A stretch of 64,000 nucleotides of DNA from an uncultured Pseudomonadota bacterium. Lineage in GTDB: Bacteria; Pseudomonadota; Gammaproteobacteria; Steroidobacterales; Steroidobacteraceae. Of this stretch, positions 1 through 10,041 are shown piece after piece. The stretch is from positions 248,302 to 312,301 of the forward strand of contig CAVTQT010000002.1 of the NCBI GenBank assembly GCA_963736955.1, read 5' to 3'. The notes under the pieces are model-generated. The model made no database searches. It was not told the DNA's origin and saw only the letters and a program-made list of their open reading frames with translations. How positions within the stretch are numbered: the first letter of the stretch is position 1; each line of letters starts with the position of its first letter. The translations under genes were made by a program, and so were the position numbers.

Positions 1-690
1 GCGCTCAACGTCTCGCCCATGGATGTCGACGGCGATGGCAGGCAGGATCTGGTCAGTCTCATCGCCCAGGAACACGAGTCGGTGGTCGCGTTCCTGAATT
101 CGGGCGGTGGCGAGTTTCGCAAGGTCGTGCTCGCGAGTGCGCCGCATCCCATGTACGGCTCCACCAGCATGAGCGTGGTGGATCTCGACCAGGACCACGA
201 CGACGACATCCTGTTCACCAATGGCGACGCCTTCGACGCCCAGACCGACCCGAAGCCCTATCACGGCGTGCAATGGCTGCGGAATGAAGGCGCGGGCAAG
301 TTCAGCTTCCATGACATCGGGCGCTTCTACGGCGCCGCCGATGCGGTCGCGGGCGACCTCGATGGCGATGGCGACCTCGACGTCGTGGCGAGTAGTTGGG
401 TCAACTACTGGAACGAGCCCCGCCGCTCTTCACTGCTCTGGTACGAGAACACCGGTAAGGAAAATTTTGTCCCTCACCCCATCAGCAATCGACCCGCTGG
501 CCTCGTGACACTCGAACTGATCGACATGACCGGCGATGGCGTACTCGACATCGTGGCCGGGGCGTTCAGGATGGACTTGCTGATTGCGAAGATGGGTCAG
601 GCTTATCAGGCGGCGCCACTGTTCCCGAGTGAAGAGACCGCGGCGACGCTGCGATCACGCGTCGTTCTCTTCGAGAACAAGTCGAAGTAA
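1..690 (+). CDS. FG-GAP/VCBS repeat protein, C-terminal part (5' end lies outside the window)
   Basis: The frame is open from nt 1. It carries repeated FG-GAP Ca-binding motifs (DVDGDGRQDLV, DLDGDGDLDVV, DMTGDGVLDIV). Stop TAA is at 688-690. Confidence 0.7.
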   Translation, partial: ALNVSPMDVDGDGRQDLVSLIAQEHESVVAFLNSGGGEFRKVVLASAPHPMYGSTSMSVVDLDQDHDDDILFTNGDAFDAQTDPKPYHGVQWLRNEGAGKFSFHDIGRFYGAADAVAGDLDGDGDLDVVASSWVNYWNEPRRSSLLWYENTGKENFVPHPISNRPAGLVTLELIDMTGDGVLDIVAGAFRMDLLIAKMGQAYQAAPLFPSEETAATLRSRVVLFENKSK

Positions 691-715
691 GGGTTCGGAG
701 GGGTACTATGCAGGG

Positions 716-3128
716 ATGCAAAAACAGGCTACTGACGTTGGCCTGGAGTTTCTCGCGGGCGGGGGCTCGATGGGCGAGCGCATTCGCGCATTTCCCTGGG
801 CACGCACCTCGCTTGGGGACCCTCAATTCTGGCCACAGGCCTTAAGGACGACCGTCCGCATCCTGCTGACCACGGGCCATCCCACGATGATCATGTGGGG
901 TCGCGACCTCACCTGCCTGTACAACGACACGTTTTCTCTCTCGCTCGGTCCGGAAAAACACCCGGCCATCCTCGGCGCGCCGGGTCGTCGTGCCTGGGAG
1001 GAAGTCTGGCCGGTTGTCGGGGCGCAAATCGAGTATGTGCTGCGTGGCGACGGCGCGGTGTGGGCTGAAAATCAATGCGTGCCCATCATTCGCTTCGGCG
1101 AACTGCAGGAGGTGTATTGGACTTACAGCTATAGCCCCATCGACGAACCCGCTTCTCCTCACGGAGTGGGCGGCGTGCTGGTCACCTGCGCGGAGACAAC
1201 GGAGCAAGTGCTGTCCGAGCGGAAGCTGGCCTCCGAGCGTGAGAGGTTCGTTCAGCTCTTCGATCAGGCGCCGACTTTTCTTGCCCTGCTGCGAGGGCCG
1301 GATCACGTCGTCGAGCTGGCAAACCCCGGATTTCTGGCGATCGTGGGTCACAGGCCCGTCGTCGGTCGCACCATGGCCGACGCGCTTCCGGAAACGATCG
1401 AACAAGGCTATGTCGCGCTCCTCGATGAGGTTTATCGAACCGGCAAACCTTACTCGGCGTCTGGCTCCAGGTACGTCTATCAAGCCTCACCAGATGGCCC
1501 GCCCGCTGAACGGTACGTCGATTTTGTATTTCAGCCCATCATCGACCGGGATGGCGCTGTGATCGGCATTCTGGTGCAAGGAGCGGATGTCACCGCACGT
1601 GCCGTAACGGACCGCGCGCTTGCATTGAACCGGGCGCGGCTGGACTACGCCACTCGCCTCTCCGGTGTTGGTTTCTGGTACTCCGACCTGCCTTTCGATG
1701 AACTCGAGTGGGACGAGCGCGTCAAGGAACACTTCTTCTTTGCGCCGACCGAGCGGATCACGATCGATGACTTCTACGCACGGATTCACGAAGAGGACCG
1801 CGCCCCCACTCGAGACGCGATCGGGGCATCGATCCGCAACAACACCCCGTATGACATCGTCTACCGCACCGTGCATCCGACCACCGGAGAGGTCAAATGG
1901 ATACGCGCGCTCGGCGGCGCCGACTACGCGGCTGACGGCACACCAACGCATTTCGACGGAGTGACCGTCGACGTTTCCGAACAGAAGCTTGATCAGCAAC
2001 GACTGGCGCAGCTCAACAAGCAGCTACGCGAGCATGATCGACGCAAGGATGAATTCATCGCGACGCTGTCTCACGAACTGCGCAATCCGCTCGCGCCGAT
2101 ACGCGCCGCTGCCAAAGTCATTGCCTCACCGCAGGCGGCGCCAACGCAGGTGAGGCTGGCACAACTGATCGTCGAACGACAGGTGACGCACATGGCGTTG
2201 CTGCTCGATGACCTGCTCGACATCGCACGGATCACCCAAGGCAAACTACAGCTCAAGAAGGAGACTCTGTCGCTGATCCCCGTGATCGATGCCGCCATTG
2301 AAGCGGTGCGCCCGACGTTGGAAGGCAAAAATCAGCAACTCGAGGTGAGTCTGCCTGCCGAAACCATCCTGCTGGATGCCGACCATCTGCGACTTTCGCA
2401 GGTCATCTCGAACCTGTTGATGAACGCCGCCAAATACAGTGACCCGGGCGGTCACATCAAACTCAAGTGCAACGTGCTGTGCGACACGTTAGAGCTGTCG
2501 ATCAAAGACGATGGGATCGGCATTGCTCCCGAGTGGATGCCAGAGATTTTCGAAATGTTCTCGCAGGTCAGTAGCGTCGCGGGAAGGTCCGAAGGTGGGC
2601 TCGGAATCGGATTGGCATTGGTCAAGGGGATTGCCGAGATGCACGGAGGCAGCGTCGAGGCGCGCAGCGCGTGGCCTTGGATTTGGCAGCGAATTCATCG
2701 TGCGCTTGCCGCTTGCGGCACGACCGCAAGTTGCGTCGCGCTTCGGCGCTGATCCCGAACAGGCGCCGCCCGCTCGCCGGCGGATACTCGTCGCCGATGA
2801 CAATCGGGACGCGGCGGAAAGCCTTGCGATGCTGCTCGAGATGGCGGGGCACGAAGTTCGTGTCGCCCATCTTGGACGAGCCGCTCTCGCCCTCGCGCAA
2901 GTGTTTCGCCCCGATACTGCGTTGTTAGACATCGGCATGCCGGACTTGAGCGGCTATGAGGTCGCACAGTCACTGCGGGCAGAGCCGTGGGCAGCGAATA
3001 TCCGGTTGATTGCTCTCACCGGATGGGGGCAGGACAGTGACCGGCGCCGCGCACTGGAGGCGGGATTCGATCACCACTTGATCAAGCCCGTCGATCCAGA
3101 TCAGTTGGCGGGGTTGATCGCGAGCTAA
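716..3128 (+). pseudogene. PAS-domain hybrid sensor histidine kinase/response regulator, one frame disruption near 2665-2680
   Basis: ATG is at 716. PAS regions are followed by HisKA (DEFIATLSHELRNPLAPI) and HATPase (DDGIGI, GGLGIGLALV). The frame breaks inside the G2 box: the ORF to 2752 ends ...EARSAWPW, and the 2511 frame continues GLGFGSEFIVRLP. A receiver domain follows (ILVADDNRDAAESL...DIGMPDLSGYE...TGWGQ...KPVDP). Confidence 0.8.
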
Positions 3129-3134
3129 CAACGA

Positions 3135-4103
3135 TCAGATCGGTTCAACCACTTTGTATCCGCGGGCGCGCAAGCCGGCCAGATAGCCATCCGGCGCGAA
3201 GAGCTCCGCCATCGACACGACGGCCATCGTGCTCTTGTTCTCGCGCAATGCCCGCTCTGCGGTGCTGAGCCACGCCTCGGTTCGCCGCGCAACGAACTCA
3301 TTGGCCCGCTGTTCGCCGCCGTACAACGCAACGGTACATTTGCTCTCCTGGTGAGTGGGTTGCAACGCGTACATAGGCACCAGCTGCCGCAACGCGGCGA
3401 TGTCTCCGACAGACCAGGCGTTCGCGAGGCGCCGCAGTCCGTTACCACCGTCCTCGACGATCTGCACCATCATTTCCAGACAGGGCACCGTCGAGCCTTG
3501 CTGGATGTTCTTCAAATGCTCCTCGTGCGTCTGCCCCGGAGTGTCGATGTACGTGATTCTGACATCGGCCCTGCGCGCGAGATTCCTCACCGTGAAGCTC
3601 GCGCTGAATCTCTTTTCCATATCCAACTTTCGAAGCGCGCTCATCAGGATGCGTCTTCCCGCGTAGAAGGGGCGCAGCACTTCGATCTGTTCGGCGGTAC
3701 CGTAGAGTCTCCGGGCGGCATCGGTACGCGCAAACAACTCGGGTGAAACGATATCTTTCAGCGTCTGCCCGCCGGGAAGCTTGCGTATCCGAATTTCCGC
3801 GTCTTCCTGCAAACTGTCTGGCCACATGACGCCCGAGAAATCGAGCAACACTTCCTGTGACTTTTCGAGCAAGGCCTCGAACCTCTTCGACCGCCATTTC
3901 ACCTGGTCAGGCTGCGGCGCGACCTCGCCCAAAATCCACAGGTCGTGATCGGAGGACGACACCTTCCAAAGTCCCGGACCCGGTTGCTCTCCCGTGACCA
4001 GCACCACCTGCAAGTCCTCCGGAGGAGTCTCGGCCACGCCTTGGGCCACCACGGCGTCAGCAAGGAGCAGCGCGACGATGGCGGAAATGCCGGGCCTGAA
4101 CAT
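3135..4103 (-). CDS. TraB/GumN family protein, secreted
   Basis: 322-aa ORF with an N-terminal signal-like segment (AIVALLLADAVVAQG). It has the LWKVSSSDHDLWILGEV motif typical of the TraB/GumN family. Confidence 0.6.
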   Translation of the reverse strand: MFRPGISAIVALLLADAVVAQGVAETPPEDLQVVLVTGEQPGPGLWKVSSSDHDLWILGEVAPQPDQVKWRSKRFEALLEKSQEVLLDFSGVMWPDSLQEDAEIRIRKLPGGQTLKDIVSPELFARTDAARRLYGTAEQIEVLRPFYAGRRILMSALRKLDMEKRFSASFTVRNLARRADVRITYIDTPGQTHEEHLKNIQQGSTVPCLEMMVQIVEDGGNGLRRLANAWSVGDIAALRQLVPMYALQPTHQESKCTVALYGGEQRANEFVARRTEAWLSTAERALRENKSTMAVVSMAELFAPDGYLAGLRARGYKVVEPI

Positions 4104-4161
4104 GAATCAAACTCCGCATGCGGGGCGACATCTGCATTGTCGCCGGGCGATCGCGAGGCGG

Positions 4162-5217
4162 CTACTGAAGCGTGTTGTCTCTCGCCTGCGCCGAGGCAAG
4201 CTGCACGCGGTTGTGCGCCTTCTGAATGGCTTCGCCAAGCTCGAGCACGGCGGACGCATAGAACGTCGAACGGTTGTAGCGCGTGACCACTTCGAAGTTG
4301 GTGAAGCCCGCCACGAACTTCGAGGGCTTGCCCGGCGTCGGTAACTCGAAGATCGAAACGAGGCCGGCTGGCGGATCCCGGCCCGAGAACACCACGCCCT
4401 TGCCCTGCACTTCCGACACGTCGTGGACCCGATCCAGTCCGCTGACGAGATCCGCTTCGGTGCCCGGCGCCAGTCGCACCGGCGCGGTCGGCTGTTCGTT
4501 CGGCACCCACCCGAACGCTTTCATGTAGCTCGCGATGCTGCCGATTGCATCGGTCGCACTGCCCAAGAGGTCGATGGTGCCGTCGTCGTCGTAGTCCACC
4601 GCGTAGCGGCGATAGCTAGAGGGCATGAACTGCGGCAAACCCACCGCTCCGGCATACGAGCCCTTGATGGCGAGCGGATCGATCTTGGAGTCGCGCGCCA
4701 GCAGCAGGAGTTCTTTCAATTCGCCACGGAAGTAATCCTGGCGGCGCTCGCCGTCGAAGGCGATCGACGCCAAGGCATCAATGACGCGGAAGGAACCCGT
4801 GTTGCGGCCGAAAAAGGTCTCGACGCCGAGAATGCCTATGATCACTTCGGAGGGAACGCCGTATTCGGCTTCGGCACGCGCCAGGTCTGCGGCATGTAGC
4901 GACCAGAAGCGCGAGCCGGCGGAGATCAACTCCGGCGTCAGGAACTTCGCGCGATAACGAGCGTATGAACGCGCAGGTGACGGAGCGGAGCTCGGCACGG
5001 GGCCGATCAGACGAACAGCCGCCGGCGTGTAGCGAACATCGCCGAGGATCCGCTCGAGGTCGGCGCTCTCGATGCCGTGTTCTTCGGTCATCGAATCGAT
5101 GAATGCACGCACGTCCGGACGCGAGAGGTAATCCGAGGCCGCTAACACAGGCTGCACCGCGAGCAGGCACGCAGCGACCAAGAACGACGACAACATCTTG
5201 GCTGCTAAGGGTTTCAC
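4162..5217 (-). CDS. mltB: lytic murein transglycosylase B
   Basis: 351-aa ORF with a signal peptide. Conserved MltB segments are present: ILGVETFFG, GSYAGAVGLPQFMPSSYRRYAVDYDDDG. Confidence 0.85.
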   Translation of the reverse strand: MKPLAAKMLSSFLVAACLLAVQPVLAASDYLSRPDVRAFIDSMTEEHGIESADLERILGDVRYTPAAVRLIGPVPSSAPSPARSYARYRAKFLTPELISAGSRFWSLHAADLARAEAEYGVPSEVIIGILGVETFFGRNTGSFRVIDALASIAFDGERRQDYFRGELKELLLLARDSKIDPLAIKGSYAGAVGLPQFMPSSYRRYAVDYDDDGTIDLLGSATDAIGSIASYMKAFGWVPNEQPTAPVRLAPGTEADLVSGLDRVHDVSEVQGKGVVFSGRDPPAGLVSIFELPTPGKPSKFVAGFTNFEVVTRYNRSTFYASAVLELGEAIQKAHNRVQLASAQARDNTLQ

Positions 5218-5395
5218 TTGGCGCGCTCGTGGGAAAATCGGAGTGACTTAAAGTTAAACCGATACGCGCCCGCGGTCGGTGACCGCTTTCACTCTTTCAG
5301 CCTGCGTTCATCGCTCTTTAGACATAGTTGCATCCGAACCATCGGGCGATGTTTGGCAACTCACCTGGAGAGCCACCACTCATCTGGAGAGCCAT

Positions 5396-5596
5396 ATGAA
5401 ACGCAAGGAATACACGGCACCACCGCTGCACGATTACCGCCACGCGCTGCAGGGTGCAATGTCGTGGCTTGGCGACAAGCATCTGCTCGCGGAGCCAGTT
5501 CCGCGCCTGAAAGAAGACCGCGCATCGTACTTTGCTGAGCAACGTCGCTGGCACCCTGCGGTGGTGGCGGGCGCGATCGCCAAAGCCTCGCGCTGA
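5396..5596 (+). CDS. small hypothetical protein (66 aa)
   Basis: The ATG is preceded by GGAGAG at good SD spacing. The ORF is followed by a hairpin terminator. I recognise no family. Confidence 0.3.
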   Translation: MKRKEYTAPPLHDYRHALQGAMSWLGDKHLLAEPVPRLKEDRASYFAEQRRWHPAVVAGAIAKASR

Positions 5597-5603
5597 GATC
5601 CCG

Positions 5604-5633
5604 ACGGCGCGGCCCTGCGGACCGCGCCGTTTC
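5604..5633 (+). terminator. GC-rich hairpin between convergent genes
   Basis: ACGGCGCGG (5604-5612) pairs with CCGCGCCGT (5622-5630) and is followed by TTT. It lies between the 5596 (+) and 5654 (-) gene ends. Confidence 0.45.
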
Positions 5634-5653
5634 AATTGCGGGTTCTCGACGGC

Positions 5654-6508
5654 TCAGTGGAGATACGGCGTCACGAAATCCAGCGTGACTTCGATGTCGG
5701 TGCGCTGTTGATAGTCCACGCCATTACACAGCTTGGTGATGCTGTATGAATTCACCGCCATCACGACGTTCGTCTCGAGGCCTGTCGCCGGATTCACCCA
5801 GAACGCCGGCCCACCCGAATCACCCGAACAGGTGCCGCCGACCCCGTTGCCCTTTCCGGGATTGTTCGTGAACTGGAAATTCTGCGCGCCGAGCACGCTG
5901 CCATTTTCCAGATTCGCGACGCTCGATTCGCCCTGGTAACGCACCCAGTCGTCCTGCGCGAAAGCCGGGATCTTGCCTTGCAGGCCATAGCCGACGACCA
6001 CCGCGCGGCGGTTCGCCATGCTCCCGCGCGACTTTCGCAGGTATTCGAATTGTCGCAGCGTGGGAAGCTGTCCGTATTGCGCCACGTAGATAGGCGTCGC
6101 GAGCACCACTACTCCGACATCGAAGGTGTCCGGGAACTGGGCGTAGTCGTTGTACTGCGGATGCGGAATCGCCTGGCCCTTCGACCAGGTGGCATCGAGC
6201 CACGCACGAGTGGAAGCGTAACCCGGACGCTCAACCGCGTAAGCCGCACCGATGTCCGCGTCGTTGCGGACCCAGGTGTTGATGTTCACCGCGCCCGCTC
6301 CCTCGGTGCAGTGACCCGCGGTGAGCACCACCGTGGGCGACAGCAAGGTGCCGGTGCAGGAGTACAGGCCGTCCGGTCGTTCGAAAAGCAGGTTCACGAC
6401 ATCAGGATGAGCATTCAGATCGGGGTGCCCCCACGTAATCGCGAAAGCGGGCGCAGACATCGCTGCAAATGCCGCGACTATCGCGGCCATGCGAATTGAA
6501 GCCTTCAT
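5654..6508 (-). CDS. secreted trypsin-like serine protease (S1 family)
   Basis: Signal peptide present. The catalytic His motif is LTAGHC and the catalytic Ser motif is CSGDSGGP. Confidence 0.85.
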   Translation of the reverse strand: MKASIRMAAIVAAFAAMSAPAFAITWGHPDLNAHPDVVNLLFERPDGLYSCTGTLLSPTVVLTAGHCTEGAGAVNINTWVRNDADIGAAYAVERPGYASTRAWLDATWSKGQAIPHPQYNDYAQFPDTFDVGVVVLATPIYVAQYGQLPTLRQFEYLRKSRGSMANRRAVVVGYGLQGKIPAFAQDDWVRYQGESSVANLENGSVLGAQNFQFTNNPGKGNGVGGTCSGDSGGPAFWVNPATGLETNVVMAVNSYSITKLCNGVDYQQRTDIEVTLDFVTPYLH

Positions 6509-6688
6509 CGTTCTCTCCAGGTTATTTGTTGGCCGGTCGGAAGCGCCGGTAGTGCTCCTTTTCTATGTCAGCTTGCGCCAAGACGGCGATGCAGCGGCGT
6601 GAGACGTCGGCCGTGGTTGTGCGTCGACGCTGACTGACAGGCGATTCCCGACGGCCTATACCGTCGCCTCATAAATAAGGAGGCTCGT

Positions 6689-8341
6689 ATGTCCGCCGTC
6701 CAACACCGGTTCCTGTTGCTGACGTTATCGTGCGGCCTCCTCGGCATCTCGTCCGCCCGAGCGGCGACATTACCCGCGGGCTTCTCCGAGACACCCGTCG
6801 CGAGCGGGCTCTCGAGCCCTACCGCCATGACCATCGCGCCCGACGGGCGAGTTTTCGTGGCAGAAAAAGGCGGCGCGCTGCGCGTGGTGAAGAACAACGC
6901 GCTGCTGTCACAGCCGTTCCTCACCGTGAGCGTGGACACCGCGAGTGAGCGCGGCCTGCTCGGAGTGGCTTTCGATCCCGACTTTCAGAGCAATCGCTTC
7001 GTGTACGTGTACTACACCACCGCGGCCGCACCCATACACAACCGCGTGAGCCGCTTCACCGCGAGCTCCACCAACCCGGACGTGGTACAGGCCGGCAGCG
7101 AACTGCCGATCCTGAACCTGCCCGCGCTGGGCGCGGGAAATCACAACGGTGGCGCCATTCATTTCGGAAACGACGGCAAGTTGTACGTGGCCGTCGGCGA
7201 GAATGCCGTGCCCTCCAACGCGCAGTCACTGAACACACCTCTGGGCAAACTACTGCGTATCAACACCAATGGCTCGGTTCCCACGGATAATCCCTTCTAC
7301 TCGCAGACCACCGGCATCAACCGCGCCATATGGGCTTTGGGTCTGCGCAATCCCTTTACCTTCGCGGTGGATTCCACTAACGGTCGAATGCACGTCAACG
7401 ACGTGGGCCAGGATTCCTGGGAGGAAGTAAATCGCGGCGTGCGCGGAGCGAACTATGGATGGCCGCAAACGGAAGGGAATCAGCCGGGCGGCGTCAGCGG
7501 CGTGCGCTATCCCATCCACACGTATCAGAACGCCGGTTCCAATTGCGCCATCGTGGGCGCCGCGTTCTACAGGCCGCAGATCTTCAGGTTCCCCACCGCG
7601 TACGACGGCCGCTATTTCTTCGGCGACTTCTGCGGCGGATTCATCCGCACGCTGAGCCCGCCGAACTACACGAGCTCGACAGCGTTCGCCACCAACATCA
7701 GTTCACTCGTGGACATTCAGACCCACCAGGATGGTTCGCTGTACTACCTTGCGAGTGGCAGCGGACAACTCTTCCGCGTGCAATCCACCACCAGCACCAT
7801 CGTGTTCCAGGACAACTTCGAGAGCGCGCGCGGCTGGACGCTCACCGGCGGCGCGAACTCGGCCGTCCGAGGCCTCTGGCAGCGCGGCAACCCGGAACCC
7901 ACCACCAACGCGGGTATGCCCTTGCAGCTCGGCAACTGCCAGGGGTCCACGAACTGCCTCATCACCGGGCTGACAGCGGGCGCGTCGAATGGAGCGAACG
8001 ATGTGGACGGTGGCCAGACGTCGATTGAGTCCCCGGCCATCGCCTTGCCGACCGGCCGCCCGCTGACGCTGTCGTTCGGGCTGTATTTCGCACATAACGC
8101 CGACGCCAATTCGGCGGACCTTTTCCGCGTGCGCGTCAGAGGTGAGAACGGTGTCGTGCAGACCGTGTGGGCAAGAGGCGGCACCGCGAGCAATGTGGCC
8201 GGTGTGTGGGCTACGCGCACCGCAAGTCTCGACGCGTGGGCCGGACAAACTATTCAGCTTCGCATCGATGCAGTGGATGCCACCGACGTTGGCGCGCTCG
8301 TTGAGGCTGGGGTGGACAACGTCGCGATCACGGCGCGTTGA
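6689..8341 (+). CDS. PQQ-dependent sugar (glucose/sorbosone) dehydrogenase with an extra C-terminal jelly-roll-like domain
   Basis: Signal peptide present. Family motifs include GLLGVAFDPDF, NHNGGAIHFGNDGKLYVAVGE, GLRNPF and YGWP. The roughly 180-aa C-terminal extension is not typical of the family. Confidence 0.8.
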   Translation: MSAVQHRFLLLTLSCGLLGISSARAATLPAGFSETPVASGLSSPTAMTIAPDGRVFVAEKGGALRVVKNNALLSQPFLTVSVDTASERGLLGVAFDPDFQSNRFVYVYYTTAAAPIHNRVSRFTASSTNPDVVQAGSELPILNLPALGAGNHNGGAIHFGNDGKLYVAVGENAVPSNAQSLNTPLGKLLRINTNGSVPTDNPFYSQTTGINRAIWALGLRNPFTFAVDSTNGRMHVNDVGQDSWEEVNRGVRGANYGWPQTEGNQPGGVSGVRYPIHTYQNAGSNCAIVGAAFYRPQIFRFPTAYDGRYFFGDFCGGFIRTLSPPNYTSSTAFATNISSLVDIQTHQDGSLYYLASGSGQLFRVQSTTSTIVFQDNFESARGWTLTGGANSAVRGLWQRGNPEPTTNAGMPLQLGNCQGSTNCLITGLTAGASNGANDVDGGQTSIESPAIALPTGRPLTLSFGLYFAHNADANSADLFRVRVRGENGVVQTVWARGGTASNVAGVWATRTASLDAWAGQTIQLRIDAVDATDVGALVEAGVDNVAITAR

Positions 8342-8358
8342 GGCCCAGTCTGGCGCCA

Positions 8359-9231
8359 CTAGTTAGACTTTCCCTCGACGACGGTCGCGCCAAGTATCCG
8401 GCGGGCGTTGCCAGTCAGGATGGCCGTTTTTTCCTCGTTGGTCAGATCGAGCTTTTCCAGTGCCTCGACCATGCGCGCGAGCGAGATCTGCGGATAGTCC
8501 GAGCCCAACATCACATGGTCGACGCCCACATTGCGCAGCGTCCACACGAATTCCTTCTCGATGGGTGAGTCGGCCGCGAGCAGTACCGTGCCGGAGATAT
8601 CGAAGTTCACGTTGTCCAGCGCGAAGCCATCCGCCGTGCGCGCGAGCACCAGGATGTTCCAGAAGCGGAAATTGGCGCCACCCATGTGAGCGAAGATAAA
8701 GCGCGTCTTCGGTGCCTTGGCCGCCAGGTTGAACAGGTCCTCGCAATCTCCCGGCACGATGCCTGCATTGTCCATGAGCACCGCCATGCCGAGCTCACCG
8801 GCCTTCTTCACCAGCGCGAGCACGCGCGGATCGGCGATGTCGAACTTCTGCGTATGCGGGTGGATCTTCAGCGTCTTTACACCGCGCGCGGCTATTCGCG
8901 CCAGTTCATCCAGCGCCGCCTGCCCGTCGTAGGGATGGACGGTGCCAATGGGCACCACTTCCGGATGCTTCGCGGCCAGCGCGATCAAGCCATCGTTGCC
9001 CGCGCGAATCTTCGCGGGATCTCCGGCCAGTGCCTGGTGCGGACCACCAAACCACATTGCCCCGACGCCCGCGAGTTCGATTCCGGACGTGCGCACCTCT
9101 GCCTCGAACTTCTGCAGAGAGGTTTCGCCTTCGCGCAGATGCACGTGCGAGTCGAACACCGGCTCGCCAGACCGGGCCAGGCCCGTCAGCAAGAGGGCAA
9201 GAGAGAGCGCAAGAAGGCGGTGGTGTTTCAT
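8359..9231 (-). CDS. amidohydrolase family (TIM-barrel metal-dependent hydrolase), secreted
   Basis: Signal peptide present. Metal-ligand motifs are FDSHVHL at the N-terminus and GSDYP near the C-terminus. Confidence 0.7.
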   Translation of the reverse strand: MKHHRLLALSLALLLTGLARSGEPVFDSHVHLREGETSLQKFEAEVRTSGIELAGVGAMWFGGPHQALAGDPAKIRAGNDGLIALAAKHPEVVPIGTVHPYDGQAALDELARIAARGVKTLKIHPHTQKFDIADPRVLALVKKAGELGMAVLMDNAGIVPGDCEDLFNLAAKAPKTRFIFAHMGGANFRFWNILVLARTADGFALDNVNFDISGTVLLAADSPIEKEFVWTLRNVGVDHVMLGSDYPQISLARMVEALEKLDLTNEEKTAILTGNARRILGATVVEGKSN

Positions 9232-9318
9232 CGCGGTATCGTAGCCAACTACTTGCGCAGCGTGTAGACGGCAGCGCGAGACGTTCCAGCGGGAACGTAG
9301 CGATCATCTCGCCTGCAG

Positions 9319-10026
9319 TCAGTCGAGGCTCGCGGCAAGCGTGCGCAACACACCTCTCGGATCGCTATCGATCGTGTCTCCGTGCGACACGATGATCCGC
9401 CGCAGATCTTCGCGCTCGGCCCACCGCCTGAACCGTTGCGCGACCTCACTCTTGTGCTTGCCCAGCAAGAGCTTCACCGGCCCGGGAACATGCGGATCAT
9501 CGCCCGCGAATCCCATGACCTTGAGCAGCCACCCGCCGACACCGCTTTCACCGTGGATGTCGCCGATCAGATCGTTGACGATGATGGTCAGGCCGTCGTC
9601 GGCATCGACTTCCAGCGCGGAGTCGGCCGCAACTTCGAAGTAGCGAACCGTTGGATCGCCAAAGTCAGGCGTGGTGGTTCCGACGCGAACGACTTCGGCA
9701 ATCTTCTCCGCACCGGCGCGAGGAGCCACGACAGTCATATTGGGATAGCGTTGCGCGTAGCCGGGCGCGTCCAGCCGATGTCGCACGCTGGGCACTATCA
9801 AAAACGCGGGCCGCCCGAGAGCTTCGAGCTCGGCCATGTCCGGCTCTCGAAGCGCGATGGCGCTGAAGATGGCGAGATCGCCGGATTTCAATCGAATCGC
9901 TGTCATGCGCCGGGGCAGCTCGAGCAGCGGCATCTTCAACTCGCCAACGACGGTGACGATGCGTTCGTTCACGCGCGTGAGTTTGCCGTGCGGGAGCACG
10001 GTCCATTCCTTGAATGGTGCGGTCAT
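9319..10026 (-). CDS. DUF4336-like (MBL-fold-related) protein
   Basis: 235-aa ORF. The overall pattern (WTVLPHGKL..., IIVSHGD near the C-terminus) matches my memory of the DUF4336 family. No tool confirmation was possible. Confidence 0.5.
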   Translation of the reverse strand: MTAPFKEWTVLPHGKLTRVNERIVTVVGELKMPLLELPRRMTAIRLKSGDLAIFSAIALREPDMAELEALGRPAFLIVPSVRHRLDAPGYAQRYPNMTVVAPRAGAEKIAEVVRVGTTTPDFGDPTVRYFEVAADSALEVDADDGLTIIVNDLIGDIHGESGVGGWLLKVMGFAGDDPHVPGPVKLLLGKHKSEVAQRFRRWAEREDLRRIIVSHGDTIDSDPRGVLRTLAASLD

Positions 10027-10041
10027 GCGTCGATATTCCGC

